Source: an uncultured Candidatus Poseidoniales archaeon
GTDB lineage: Archaea; Thermoplasmatota; Poseidoniia; Poseidoniales; CAYMED01
NCBI GenBank assembly: GCA_964389655.1
Contig: CAYMED010000002.1
Coordinates: 64,001-128,000, forward strand
DNA length: 64,000 nucleotides
Reading direction: 5' to 3'
Position numbers and translations under genes: made by a program. Positions 10,501 to 19,700 of this stretch are shown one piece after another. How positions within the stretch are numbered: position 1 is the stretch's first letter; each line of letters opens with the position of its first letter. The notes beneath the pieces were generated by a model. The model was given only the letters and a program-made list of their open reading frames with translations. It searched no databases and had not been told where the DNA came from.

Positions 10501-10991
10501 GCAACATATGCATTACCCTGTGCATCGACTGTAATTCCGAATGCGCGGTCATTGGTTGAACCTCCTGCTTTTGCGGCCCACACCCATTGCCCAGTCGCAG
10601 TCATCCTAGCAATGAATACATCATAATCTCCAGAACTTGAAAGGGTGGTGGAGCCAAAAGATGCAGTGTCACTGAATAACCCTATGAGCCAAATATCCCC
10701 ATTAGGGCCAGTAACTGATTTTAGGATCAAATCTTCACCAGAACCTCCCATTCCTTCTGCCCAACTCGCCGCAGTTCCACTGGCGCGTGCGCTAACTTGG
10801 CTAAATACGAGATCTCTCCTCTCTAAATCAATCGATTCAAAGTCTTGGATTGCATCTTTAATCACAGCATCCGGTCCCGTAATAGCTGTTTCAGCGGCAG
10901 CAAGGATTGAAAGAGAAAGAAATCCTATGATTACCGCGAAAGAACGGCGCGCTGCGTAGCATCTAGTGGACATAGCCAAGCCCCTGATCAT
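7590..10991 (-). CDS. Membrane-anchored surface protein: SBBP-like beta-propeller, thrombospondin type-3 Ca-binding repeats, TM, small Trp-rich cytoplasmic domain
   Basis: Signal peptide; propeller repeats (GGSTNDRAFGITVDAQGNAYVAG); many DAFPxxxTQWxDxDGDGxGD units; TM GAIVIVALAGFVLIGMAVLFVLIL; tail DESGIEWMEHPAGSGNLWYR. Confidence 0.85.
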   Translation of the reverse strand: MIRGLAMSTRCYAARRSFAVIIGFLSLSILAAAETAITGPDAVIKDAIQDFESIDLERRDLVFSQVSARASGTAASWAEGMGGSGEDLILKSVTGPNGDIWLIGLFSDTASFGSTTLSSSGDYDVFIARMTATGQWVWAAKAGGSTNDRAFGITVDAQGNAYVAGYSQDITTYTSPSTTFGSTTIQGHSDWILNGWVAKINSNGVWSWAESIPYDTSSFGNGGAGALFDVELIGNEVVVLGTYAETMTVGSKSITSNTDATGQTTLDVFFGGLTTSGSWTWISTAGGAGGDLGVEMEEIGSQETVISILFEETANIWGKSHTSTGGQDSLLVRINPSNQVVSWTSQISGTGDESIEGLEVDSSGNVFASGSYDGGSINLGSKSASNAGGSDLFVASITATSGNPSWIMSLGGGGDEYGYGIEAESSGDVWFAASFDSTSISIPISGSGTKTISPQGGSDILILSFDTTGAWTEVIATGSTNDDQGVDITIDSSGTIYAVGLFGGNGTSPTTIGDLTLTNNGGSDGFIWRMVADSDGDGFGDNVDSCPTIAGTSSKGNVLGCVDSDGDGWADTNDEFPGDGTQWADSDGDGWGDESGGHNGDACPTIAGTSSADRLGCLDSDEDGYSNTDSGWTKDDGGDAFPNEKTQWADMDEDGYGDNWADSSWTDMRESETPVIGQFHIGAHQPDGCPFEAGGIALDGYGCPDTDLDGWSDHPFGDAFPMNPTQHSDSDGDGWGDNQTKGASQSDALPNEPTQWSDLDGDGWGDNQSIGANKIDAFPSEPTQWEDRDGDGFGDEADGFEPDGCVNEHGTSYIDRFGCPDQDGDGASNPTADWTIDNGADAFFDDPTQWNDTDRDGLGDNYGSPMWHQERVESYPGEWLPGANNADQWPLDWDNDGWDDPEFAASAVAPFDDCPKVAGTSTKGLLGCLDGDGDHWADGADAFPNEKTQWENRDEDDYGDNPDGIEPDACPAFKGTSWIDRYGCPDRDGDGVSDENDADPSNPDITGLEDNSASTTPESSNIGTENTTTNSGEKASLSRASQAQTEENNGGGAIVIVALAGFVLIGMAVLFVLILRTGRIDMDAFEEAEEYGEEAYDSVIVDESGIEWMEHPAGSGNLWYRRPGVHDWLQHEE

Positions 10992-11033
10992 TAAGCAACT
11001 GCCCCACTCCCCATTATGACTTTTGATTGCAAG

Positions 11034-12578
11034 TCACATTCGTTCTAGGTTTATGTTCCCGCTTAACTTTCGCTGGCTTTTCCGATATTTTGGCGTTAGC
11101 CATGTATCATACAATGATTCAATGGCCAAATTTACTGTGGCTTCAGCAAAAGATGGGTGTACGGACATGCTGTCAAGTAGTTGTTGTAATGTGGCCCCTG
11201 TTCGTGTTGCTAGAGCAAACATTTGTATCAAATCAGCAGCATTTGGTGCAATCAAATCAGCACCAACCACCACATCTTTTACACAAATTACTTTGACAAA
11301 TCCCGTGGGTTGATCATCAATGATTGCACGATCGATATTTCCCGAATCCCATTTGTATACGTTAACCTTCTTTCCGAACAATCGTCTTGCATCTGATTCA
11401 GTATATCCACAATGTGCTATTTCAGGATCAATCATAGTTGCCCATGTTACTCGATCAGGCTCAAATCGAAATCTTGCTTTGCTGCGTGATGCGCCAGTAA
11501 AGGCATGTTCGGCAGCAACCCGTGCCTGCCAAGCTGCTAGATGTGTAAAGGGATGCGTCCCAAGAACTTCACCTGCAGCATATACATCTGGGTTTGATGT
11601 TTTCATCACGTCGTCGACTGCTATGTGGCCTGATCTCTGGTCGAAATTGATTTCCCCAGCTTCAAGGCCAAGATCTTCAGGCGTTGGTATTCTCCCTATT
11701 GCAATCAGTAAATGAGACCCATTTCGTTCTGTACCGTCTGGGAGAGTGACCGTAACATCCCCTTGTGCTCGACCTGCCCCTGAGCCTCCCGCAACCTCTA
11801 ATTTTCTTGTACGTCCAGCAAGGACTTCCACACCCTCTGATTGAAGGATGTTTTTGCATAGATCTCCCACTTCAGGGTCATCTCGAGGCAAGACTTGTCC
11901 ACTTTGCCCACAAATAATTGATACTGCAGAACCAAACCGGCGCCAAATTTGTGCCCATTCAACGGCCTCTCTTCCAGCACCTATGATTATCATATATTCT
12001 GGCAATTCTGTAATGTTCCAAATAGTGTGGAGCGTAAGGGGCGCTGCTTTTCGATATTCTTTTGGAGTTTCAATTGACGAACCCGTAGCAATCATTGCTT
12101 TCTTGAAACCCACTGGTAAGCCATTAACCACCATTTCGCTTGTGCTAATGAATTTCGCTTCAGAACCGAGTAGCACTTCAATACCCCTGTCTGCGAGATA
12201 TCTTTGGGAAAACCGTTCCATTACCAAATCCCTAACTTTTCCCGTATGGTGGTAAGCCTTCCGGAGGGACATTTCAGGGAATGGCTCTATCCGCGACAAT
12301 CCAAACCGCCCCTGGGAGTATGCCTTTGATCGCGCTCGAGCAGTTGAGAGAAGGGTGGAACGAGGCAATGTTCCCCGATGCATTGAATTCCCTCCCAATT
12401 CCTCATTCTTCTCAACAATGAGTGTTTTCGCACCTAATTGTGCTGCCAATAATGCTCCTGCAACCCCTGCAGCACCACCGCCAATAACAACGAAATCATA
12501 ATCCCCTCCTGCAAAATCAGAAGGAGGAACATCTGCGTGGATAGGGGGCCATTCCTCGTCATCCATACTTGACACCAA
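11034..12578 (-). CDS. Class-I pyridine nucleotide-disulfide oxidoreductase homologue (LpdA/MerA-like) lacking redox cysteines
   Basis: VIGGGAAG FAD motif, ATGS, second Rossmann IIGAG, DPEIA, DRA, HPSFAE; GGNSMHRGTLP in place of GGxCxxxGCxP. Start may be ATG 12566. Confidence 0.88.
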   Translation of the reverse strand: MVSSMDDEEWPPIHADVPPSDFAGGDYDFVVIGGGAAGVAGALLAAQLGAKTLIVEKNEELGGNSMHRGTLPRSTLLSTARARSKAYSQGRFGLSRIEPFPEMSLRKAYHHTGKVRDLVMERFSQRYLADRGIEVLLGSEAKFISTSEMVVNGLPVGFKKAMIATGSSIETPKEYRKAAPLTLHTIWNITELPEYMIIIGAGREAVEWAQIWRRFGSAVSIICGQSGQVLPRDDPEVGDLCKNILQSEGVEVLAGRTRKLEVAGGSGAGRAQGDVTVTLPDGTERNGSHLLIAIGRIPTPEDLGLEAGEINFDQRSGHIAVDDVMKTSNPDVYAAGEVLGTHPFTHLAAWQARVAAEHAFTGASRSKARFRFEPDRVTWATMIDPEIAHCGYTESDARRLFGKKVNVYKWDSGNIDRAIIDDQPTGFVKVICVKDVVVGADLIAPNAADLIQMFALATRTGATLQQLLDSMSVHPSFAEATVNLAIESLYDTWLTPKYRKSQRKLSGNINLERM

Positions 12579-12717
12579 TGGGCGAATAGGCCGCTTTATT
12601 TACAAAGTAATGCATATATCTTCTCTTTTTTGTTTGATCTCCCGCCCACCCACATTTTTCGACTTATCATATTTCCATCTGTGGTTAGCATATTTTTCCT
12701 AGGGAGCAGATTTCATG

Positions 12718-12728
12718 CCCCCCCCCCC
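12718..12728 (+). repeat. C11 homopolymer tract upstream of the PRC-barrel gene
   Basis: 11 consecutive C read directly from the sequence. Confidence 0.9.
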
Positions 12729-12740
12729 TCTCCCAACACC

Positions 12741-12992
12741 ATGCCCCGCCTAAGTGACTTGCGCGGCCGTGCAGTTATTCTCCCCGATGGACGGAAACTT
12801 GGAACCGTTCATGATGCGGTTATTACTCGTGACGATTTGGAATGCACCCATCTTTTTGTCTCAGATGTGGATGAAAATTTAGTTGAGGGCGCAGTCCCTC
12901 TTGCGATTCCTTGGCGATGGGTTCGTGGCGTCGCCGAAGTGGTGGTTTTGCGGTGGTTTCCAGAAACACCAATCCCCTTTGAAAGACAATGA
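12741..12992 (+). CDS. PRC-barrel domain protein
   Basis: LSDLRGRAVILPDGRKLGTVHD...IPWRWVRGVAEVVVL matches the PRC-barrel pattern; start placed at ATG 12741 (ORF track 12630). Confidence 0.85.
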   Translation: MPRLSDLRGRAVILPDGRKLGTVHDAVITRDDLECTHLFVSDVDENLVEGAVPLAIPWRWVRGVAEVVVLRWFPETPIPFERQ

Positions 12993-13001
12993 GGGCACTA
13001 C

Positions 13002-14093
13002 ATGGCAATACATTTGCACATGTTGGGAACGGCCTCAGCACGACCAGCACATGGGCGCGACGTTAGTGGGTCAATCCTTCGAGGAGATGGATGGATAATT
13101 GGTATTGACCCAGGCGAAGGCTTTCAGCAGCGTATTAGAAAGCACGATATGCTGCTAAAGAAATTTCAACCTAGGTGGCGCATCCGTTCCAACCGTATTG
13201 ATCTAGTTCTTATCACACATGGTCACCTTGATCATACATGGGGCCTGTTACCTTGGCTTCATTCTCAGTCATTAGATGGCAGAAAGAAACCATTACGCAT
13301 TATTGCTCCAACTTCCTCTGCAGGTAAGTTGTCATCAAATAATGGTACTTCACTCAATAACTTGTCTTTGTCAGGCCAAGACATGGCAGTTCAATTTGCA
13401 GCAATTCACCGCATAGGTGGGGCAGCATATTCATTTGATATAAAATGGGATTTAATTGATATTGAAAAGGAAATCAGTCAGGTAGTTGAAGTTGACATTA
13501 ATGGCCTAGATGTCCGTGCTTTGAGGACTCATCATCGAATTCCATCGTGCGGGTGGAAAATCTCTGAAACAGACCATGTTGGCTCATTCGACCGTGCAGC
13601 TGCAGAAGCAGACGGATTAGATGAGATGACAATCCGGGAATTGGCAAAAAATCCCTCTTTATCGCCAAATTATAGAGGGGGAATGCGACACGGAAGTCGC
13701 GTCATTATCAGCGGTGATACAACGGCACAAGCACCGGGATTTCGTATTTGTGAAGGTCCGGTTGATTTGCTCGTACACGAAGCAACTTACGATGAATCAA
13801 ACCGGGAAAAAGCAGAAAAAAATTTACATTCCACTGGTCTTGATGCCGCGAAAGCAGCTCAAAAAATAACAGCTAAACACCTTTTGATTACTCATTATAG
13901 CCAACGATACTCATCTCCAAACAAAATGTTGTTTGAAGCACGAACAATCCATCCTAGAACTGCCGCAGCCCATGATGGTTGTATCGTTGAAATAAGATCT
14001 GGAGAAACTCCCATTTACTATTGCATCGATGCCGATGGAATTCACCGAATTGATACGGCATTTAGTGAAAACGACCTGCACGCAATGGACTAA
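13002..14093 (+). CDS. rnz: Ribonuclease Z (metallo-beta-lactamase fold)
   Basis: LGTASARP, DPGEG, THGHLDH, SGDT, LVHEAT, HST, THYSQRY. Confidence 0.9.
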   Translation: MAIHLHMLGTASARPAHGRDVSGSILRGDGWIIGIDPGEGFQQRIRKHDMLLKKFQPRWRIRSNRIDLVLITHGHLDHTWGLLPWLHSQSLDGRKKPLRIIAPTSSAGKLSSNNGTSLNNLSLSGQDMAVQFAAIHRIGGAAYSFDIKWDLIDIEKEISQVVEVDINGLDVRALRTHHRIPSCGWKISETDHVGSFDRAAAEADGLDEMTIRELAKNPSLSPNYRGGMRHGSRVIISGDTTAQAPGFRICEGPVDLLVHEATYDESNREKAEKNLHSTGLDAAKAAQKITAKHLLITHYSQRYSSPNKMLFEARTIHPRTAAAHDGCIVEIRSGETPIYYCIDADGIHRIDTAFSENDLHAMD

Positions 14094-14111
14094 TCTTCAT
14101 GACTATGAAGA
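14094..14111. promoter_or_regulatory. 7-bp inverted repeat (TCTTCAT-GACT-ATGAAGA) between rnz and the next gene
   Basis: Perfect IR immediately after the rnz stop, abutting a purine-rich RBS-like stretch. Confidence 0.3.
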
Positions 14112-14125
14112 GGATGGGAGTTTAG

Positions 14126-16657
14126 ATGCATCTCCAAAGGCGAGTGGTATTTGCCGCCTTTGTGCTCGTCATGACATTAGGAATTCCACCATCAGCCGCA
14201 GACGAAAACACACATGCAAGAGCAAATTTGGGACTTTGCTCTCTGCACACAACGTTCACCAACGTAGTTGTGGCGGATGGGTCTTGTGCAGTCTTTCAAA
14301 CCGCACCTTTACCCCCCGGTGCAATATTATCTATCCAATTAGATGTTCAAGCAACCCTGCCCTGGGATTTATTTGTGCTCGATCAAGTAACTTGGGACCA
14401 ATATAATGGTAGTCAAGATTTTTCTTCCGTTCTTGTAGATGGTCCTTCATTGATCAACGTTCAACCCACCTCTTTGTCATTCAATTGGACAACCCCCACA
14501 TCATGCACTGGCCAAAGCACTTGCATTTGGCACCTCATTCTTGACAACCGAAATGATGCTAAAGTTCCAGGTGCTCCCGGGGGGGCCCCTATTACTGCAT
14601 CTTTATCCGTAATTGAACGTACAAATTCCCCAAATATTATTTATGATTCTGTGGGACATTATGGAGCCGATAAACCCCACCCCATTGTCACTCAAATTGG
14701 CCTTGATTCAGGGTCTACGATCCAAGTTGAAGCCAAGGCGCTGGTCGGCACAGCAGACATTTACCTCCTTACTGATGAAGAGATTTGCTCCCGCACAGCA
14801 GTCAATTATCCTGAAAAAAGCTGTTGGTGGATTTATCAAAACATCAATGATCAGGGAGACCTTTGGATACCGGGTGCAAGTGCCCCCGACCGAACATACC
14901 TATGGCGCCTGACCCCTCAATTATCATCACTAACTTGGACTGTTGATTCAACGCATGATGGGATGTCCATACTTGTTGTTGTCAATACACAAGCGAGGGG
15001 CGATTCGGGCTTAGCCACAGCAGCATCAGGAACCCTATACATCCGCGTATCTATCAACCCGGTCATAAATGCAGAAGGTTTGGTGGGACCAAACGGTGCA
15101 TCTTCTGAAGTGGGCGGTGTCATGACACTAGATTCAAGCACGACCCCTAATGCAAGTGCACAGATCATCGATCGTTGGTGGGACCTCGATATTAACTTTG
15201 AAAATGATGGTTTTGGGGGCCCAGCAAATGATCGAGACTGTGATGCAAATTCCCCATCCACTACGTGGGAAGTCATAGGAAGCGGCGCATCCCTAATTGG
15301 GGAATGCCGGCGCGATGGCAATGAGATGTCTAATGAGGTACGATGGCTATCTCCCGGTTCACGAACGATTGCCTTGTGGGTCAAAGGAAGTGACGGGACA
15401 TTAGATAGCCATACGATTCCAGTGACAATTACAGATCAAACAGATCCAATTTTAATTGGGTCGATTAATGGTATCACCCAACCAAGTGTTGGCGACAGAA
15501 AGGAGTATTCGGCAACTGTTGATGATAACCATCAGCCAGATGAATATCGCTGGCTTATCAATGGCAATATTCGAGCAAATGGAAGCCTAGGTGCTGCAAA
15601 CATGGATGAATTTGGCCGTTGGTCGATACCTCAATTTTCAGAAACATGGAATTCACGCGGTATCCACTCACTACGGCTTGAAGTCTCAGATCCATCGGGA
15701 AATTTACTTATTGAAGAACTCAAAATAACTGTGATTGATACAACGATTCCTGAAATACGCAGTTTGGAAGCAAGCGCTACTAAAGTAGAAGTTGGCGCCA
15801 CCATCACACTTGAAGCAAGTGCATCCGAAATTGAAAGCCCATCAGGGGATATAGTGTATTGCTGGGACCTTAACACGGGCATTGATAGTAGCAACGATTC
15901 TGATCCAAGCAATGATTGTGATGTGATGGGCCAAACCGTCGAAGTATCTTGGTCAACACCAGGTTCTAGGGACGTTGTTCTGATCGCTAGAAATGTGGAT
16001 GGATATTCTGCCTACGAAGTTCTTGCAATTGAGATATTACCTCTCCCTGAATCTGACTTCCCTATATTTTCAGTTATTCTTCTTGTAAGCACTCTTGCAG
16101 CCGTAGGCGGCTGGCTTGGTTGGCGTAGGTATAATGATGTGAACACCCTCAAAGAGATGATGGCCCAACAAGTTGCAGAATCATCTGCACAACAAACCCA
16201 AGAGCTAGATTCAGCATCACAAGTCTCCATGTTTGCACCCACTTCGAATGAGGGCGAAATGCGTCGTTTGGCGGGAATTGGCGGAGGCTCCTTTTCTCGC
16301 GATGCAGCAGAAGCAGAGATGGCCCGTTTAGCAGGAATGCCAGTATATTCCCATTCCATAGTTGAACCAGTTCAAAATCCGGTAGATATTGAAGATATCA
16401 AGGGAATCAAGGAAATGGATGAGCTGTCTTTCCTAGATGCAACTTCACCTAAGAACACCTCACCAACCCTTATCGATGATTTTGACCCATATGGGTCCCC
16501 CGATCAAATTGATCCACTTGCCGTTGAAGCATATTCATCCCACCGTGCTGAATGTGCAAATTGCTCGCGGACATTTGCACTTGATCTTCCCCCAAACACC
16601 AAAGAAGCAGTGGTTGAATGTCCCCATTGTAACACAAGACAACGGTTCAGACCATAA
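14126..16657 (+). CDS. Surface protein with PKD-like domains, TM and C-terminal zinc ribbon
   Basis: Signal peptide; WDLD..ND.D PKD/Ca-loop units followed by W.sPG.r.i.L; TM near residue 650; CANC...CPHC at the C-terminus. Confidence 0.8.
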   Translation: MHLQRRVVFAAFVLVMTLGIPPSAADENTHARANLGLCSLHTTFTNVVVADGSCAVFQTAPLPPGAILSIQLDVQATLPWDLFVLDQVTWDQYNGSQDFSSVLVDGPSLINVQPTSLSFNWTTPTSCTGQSTCIWHLILDNRNDAKVPGAPGGAPITASLSVIERTNSPNIIYDSVGHYGADKPHPIVTQIGLDSGSTIQVEAKALVGTADIYLLTDEEICSRTAVNYPEKSCWWIYQNINDQGDLWIPGASAPDRTYLWRLTPQLSSLTWTVDSTHDGMSILVVVNTQARGDSGLATAASGTLYIRVSINPVINAEGLVGPNGASSEVGGVMTLDSSTTPNASAQIIDRWWDLDINFENDGFGGPANDRDCDANSPSTTWEVIGSGASLIGECRRDGNEMSNEVRWLSPGSRTIALWVKGSDGTLDSHTIPVTITDQTDPILIGSINGITQPSVGDRKEYSATVDDNHQPDEYRWLINGNIRANGSLGAANMDEFGRWSIPQFSETWNSRGIHSLRLEVSDPSGNLLIEELKITVIDTTIPEIRSLEASATKVEVGATITLEASASEIESPSGDIVYCWDLNTGIDSSNDSDPSNDCDVMGQTVEVSWSTPGSRDVVLIARNVDGYSAYEVLAIEILPLPESDFPIFSVILLVSTLAAVGGWLGWRRYNDVNTLKEMMAQQVAESSAQQTQELDSASQVSMFAPTSNEGEMRRLAGIGGGSFSRDAAEAEMARLAGMPVYSHSIVEPVQNPVDIEDIKGIKEMDELSFLDATSPKNTSPTLIDDFDPYGSPDQIDPLAVEAYSSHRAECANCSRTFALDLPPNTKEAVVECPHCNTRQRFRP

Positions 16658-16704
16658 CATATCGAGCGAACCCATATCAGTACGGTCGTCGAGCACAGAA
16701 CGTT

Positions 16705-19700
16705 ATGGGCGAAGAAGCGTCGCGGCGCGCTGTCCTTTTTTTCCTCATTCTAGCATGTTCAACATTAACTCCTGCAGTTACTTTGGTGGGGGGCCAAGAC
16801 CTTTCAGTAGCAGTAGATGATTTTGGAATTATCGCCTCATTGCATGATGTGCTTTCATCTAGAAAAACAGATTTTAATGATCCTATTCTTTCATCGTCAG
16901 CGAATGCAGCAATTGAAGATGTACGTTCATCAATGCATGATGTCTCCCCGCAAGATTCGTTTAATTTGAACAATAATGTCCTTTCAGACGTAAACTTCAC
17001 AACAACAAACCTCTCTCAAATTGATCATCCATACCCATACCGTCTTCTTTCAGAACCAGATGCCCGCCCGCCTTATTTACCAGCGTCTTTGATTGAAACA
17101 TTGCTACCTACCGAATTAAATGAACTTGTGGTTTTTTCAGATTACACATCGCGTAATGGCGCAATAAACTGCCAAAATTATAGCTCAGAGGGCTTACTGA
17201 ATTTTGATATTTTTCCTTTAGATCAATACAACCCTACTGTCAATACAGTTGACATTGATTGCGACGGTATTGATGATGTAAATGTAGGGCTTGGGCTTGG
17301 GATTGCCAATTCACCAGGCCAAACCTGGGACATCGATATTCTTGAAGCAAAGATGTGGGTGAAACCCGATATTCGAGTGACTATAGACCCCATTAATTCC
17401 AGCAGAAATGTCTGGTCGCAAATGGGACGGCTGGAAATTTCAGTGATGAAAGGTTTCACGTATAGCGACCAAACTTGGGTTTGGGTTATTGACACTCGCT
17501 TCACTCAAATTCCTGAAGATGCAGCAGTTACTGTAGGCCTTGAACGAGTCGATTTCGATCTTAATCCAACTTCCATTCTTGGCATGCTCATACCTTCAAC
17601 AACGGGCTTAAATGATGCCGATCTTACAATTACTGGAATCCGTGCCCCATATGCGATTACAGTGGAGAATCCCGTGAGTACGAGTTGTGATGACCGCTGG
17701 TTAGCGGACCCAGATACACAAAGACACCTCCCTTCTCCCGAGATTGATTGTGGTATTGCTGCGGGATTGGGTTATGTGCATTATCGAATAGGCTCGGGAA
17801 ATTCACATCCAATTGCTGAGATGGCATATGTGGATGCATCATTCCACCCAGCCAAAGGAACCAATGAACTCGCTTCTGTGTATAATTTAACCATTAGAAA
17901 CGATGATTATACGCTTGATACGACACCTACTGACGGTTCTTGGGATTCAATAGAATATTACGCCAATCAAAAAGCAGACCTTTATCTCCATTATCACGAG
18001 GATCGGTCCGGTCTCACGCGCACAGATGGCAGTGGAGAGTTTGGCAATACCACTGAGGCACGGGGATGGCTGAGAGGTCTACCAGGGGACTCGTTTAATG
18101 AACAAGAAATCGATCGTCTTTTCCGACAGATTGGGGCATCGCCAGATGGACCAACTCCTTTGCCAGGAAGCCTTCCAAAAAATCTTGGAATGTTCATTGG
18201 TGTCAAAAACTGGACTGCGGATCCGACCCGTCACGACAGCGATCCATCTCTACCAATTGATCCAGCCAACCCTCCAGATTCATTGATCATGATTGCAACA
18301 ACGGAGTCTATTGAATCAATCAATTATTCATCTTGGCTGTTGCGCTCAGGGGATGCATCAGACCATTTACGAGTAACTATATCGATAGAGGATTTACCAA
18401 AAGTCGTCATTGTCAGTGGCTCATTAGAATTTGAAGATTCAGATGAGGATGATGTACTCGGCTTTGGTGACTCATTGAATATAGCACAATCGATGATTGA
18501 TACTGTGGTTGTAACCGTTGTTGATGTCATATTAAAAGTAGGTGAGGTCGTAAATAGCCTTCCTGCAATTGCCATTGATTTATCAGGTGATGCATCAGGT
18601 GGGGAATTACAAATTTTAACCATGGAGTCTCTTGCATCTAACCGCCCACCCGACCCAATAGGGTCTATCTCCTTGCAAATAGGCTCATCTCCCCATCCAA
18701 CAATTGGTGATGAACATCTCCTCATTTCTCGTGATTTGGGACTTTTTGACAGTTTAATGGCACTCAATCGCACTCCAATTCTTTCTGTAGCAGCCAGTTT
18801 AAAGTTACGCGGCTTTCATTCAATGAATAATCTCGTTGAATCAAATGGTGATCGCGCATTTAACTTGTCATTAAGCGGGAGTTCGAAAATGGTCGCAGGG
18901 CACATTCAGCACATGGGGAAGACCCTAAATGGGTCTGTTCGTCAAGAAGTGATATTACAACCACTTCCCAGTGAAATTGGCCTCAAAATGATTGGTAATC
19001 AGACAATAATTGAATTAGAAGACGGTATTGACGCCGTTGCATATGCGTCTGTAGAAGGGGATGAACGCGTTTCAGTTCAATTACTTGGAGTTCCTTCGGG
19101 GATCAATTTAGATTTTTCAAATGGTACGGAATTATCTCTTTCGTCTCCCTTAACAACATTTGAGGTGATGGCAACGAATTTGAGCACCCCAAGAACATTT
19201 TCCGGTGACCATGTTCTCATTGAACGGAATGGTTCGAAAGCGGGTTCTTCTGCTAGATTAAGTGGAATTGAATCTATAGCGTGGGTACCAGCTGAAATAC
19301 CAGATGCTCCAGGCCCTTCAGGAAGAGAACTCGCCTCTATTCATCTTGCGGGAAACCGTGCATTAAAAGCAGCAATCATCGATGACGGAACGTCACAATC
19401 GAGCCAGAAAGCAGAGGCATTTCTCCGAATAAATCCACTACCGACACGCCTAGATGTGCGTATGCCTCGCTCATCAGAGGGTAGTTCAGTCACTACCCCT
19501 GACTTTGGAAATGGCGTGGGTTTAGTTGGAATATCAAATGGGCTGCTAGATTTAGCTAGGTTTGGGCGTTCAATAAATGATGTATTGGGTGAATTCACCC
19601 ATTCAATTTCAACCACCACCACCGAAAGCGACCATTTTGGCTTAGATGTCGAAATAGATACTGATGCACCATTTGACCTCGCAGCAGAATTTGTAATTGG

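Noticed and set aside
11034-12578. Mercuric reductase or dihydrolipoamide dehydrogenase
   Set aside because: No redox dithiol, no C-terminal Cys pair, and no mer or 2-oxoacid dehydrogenase neighbours
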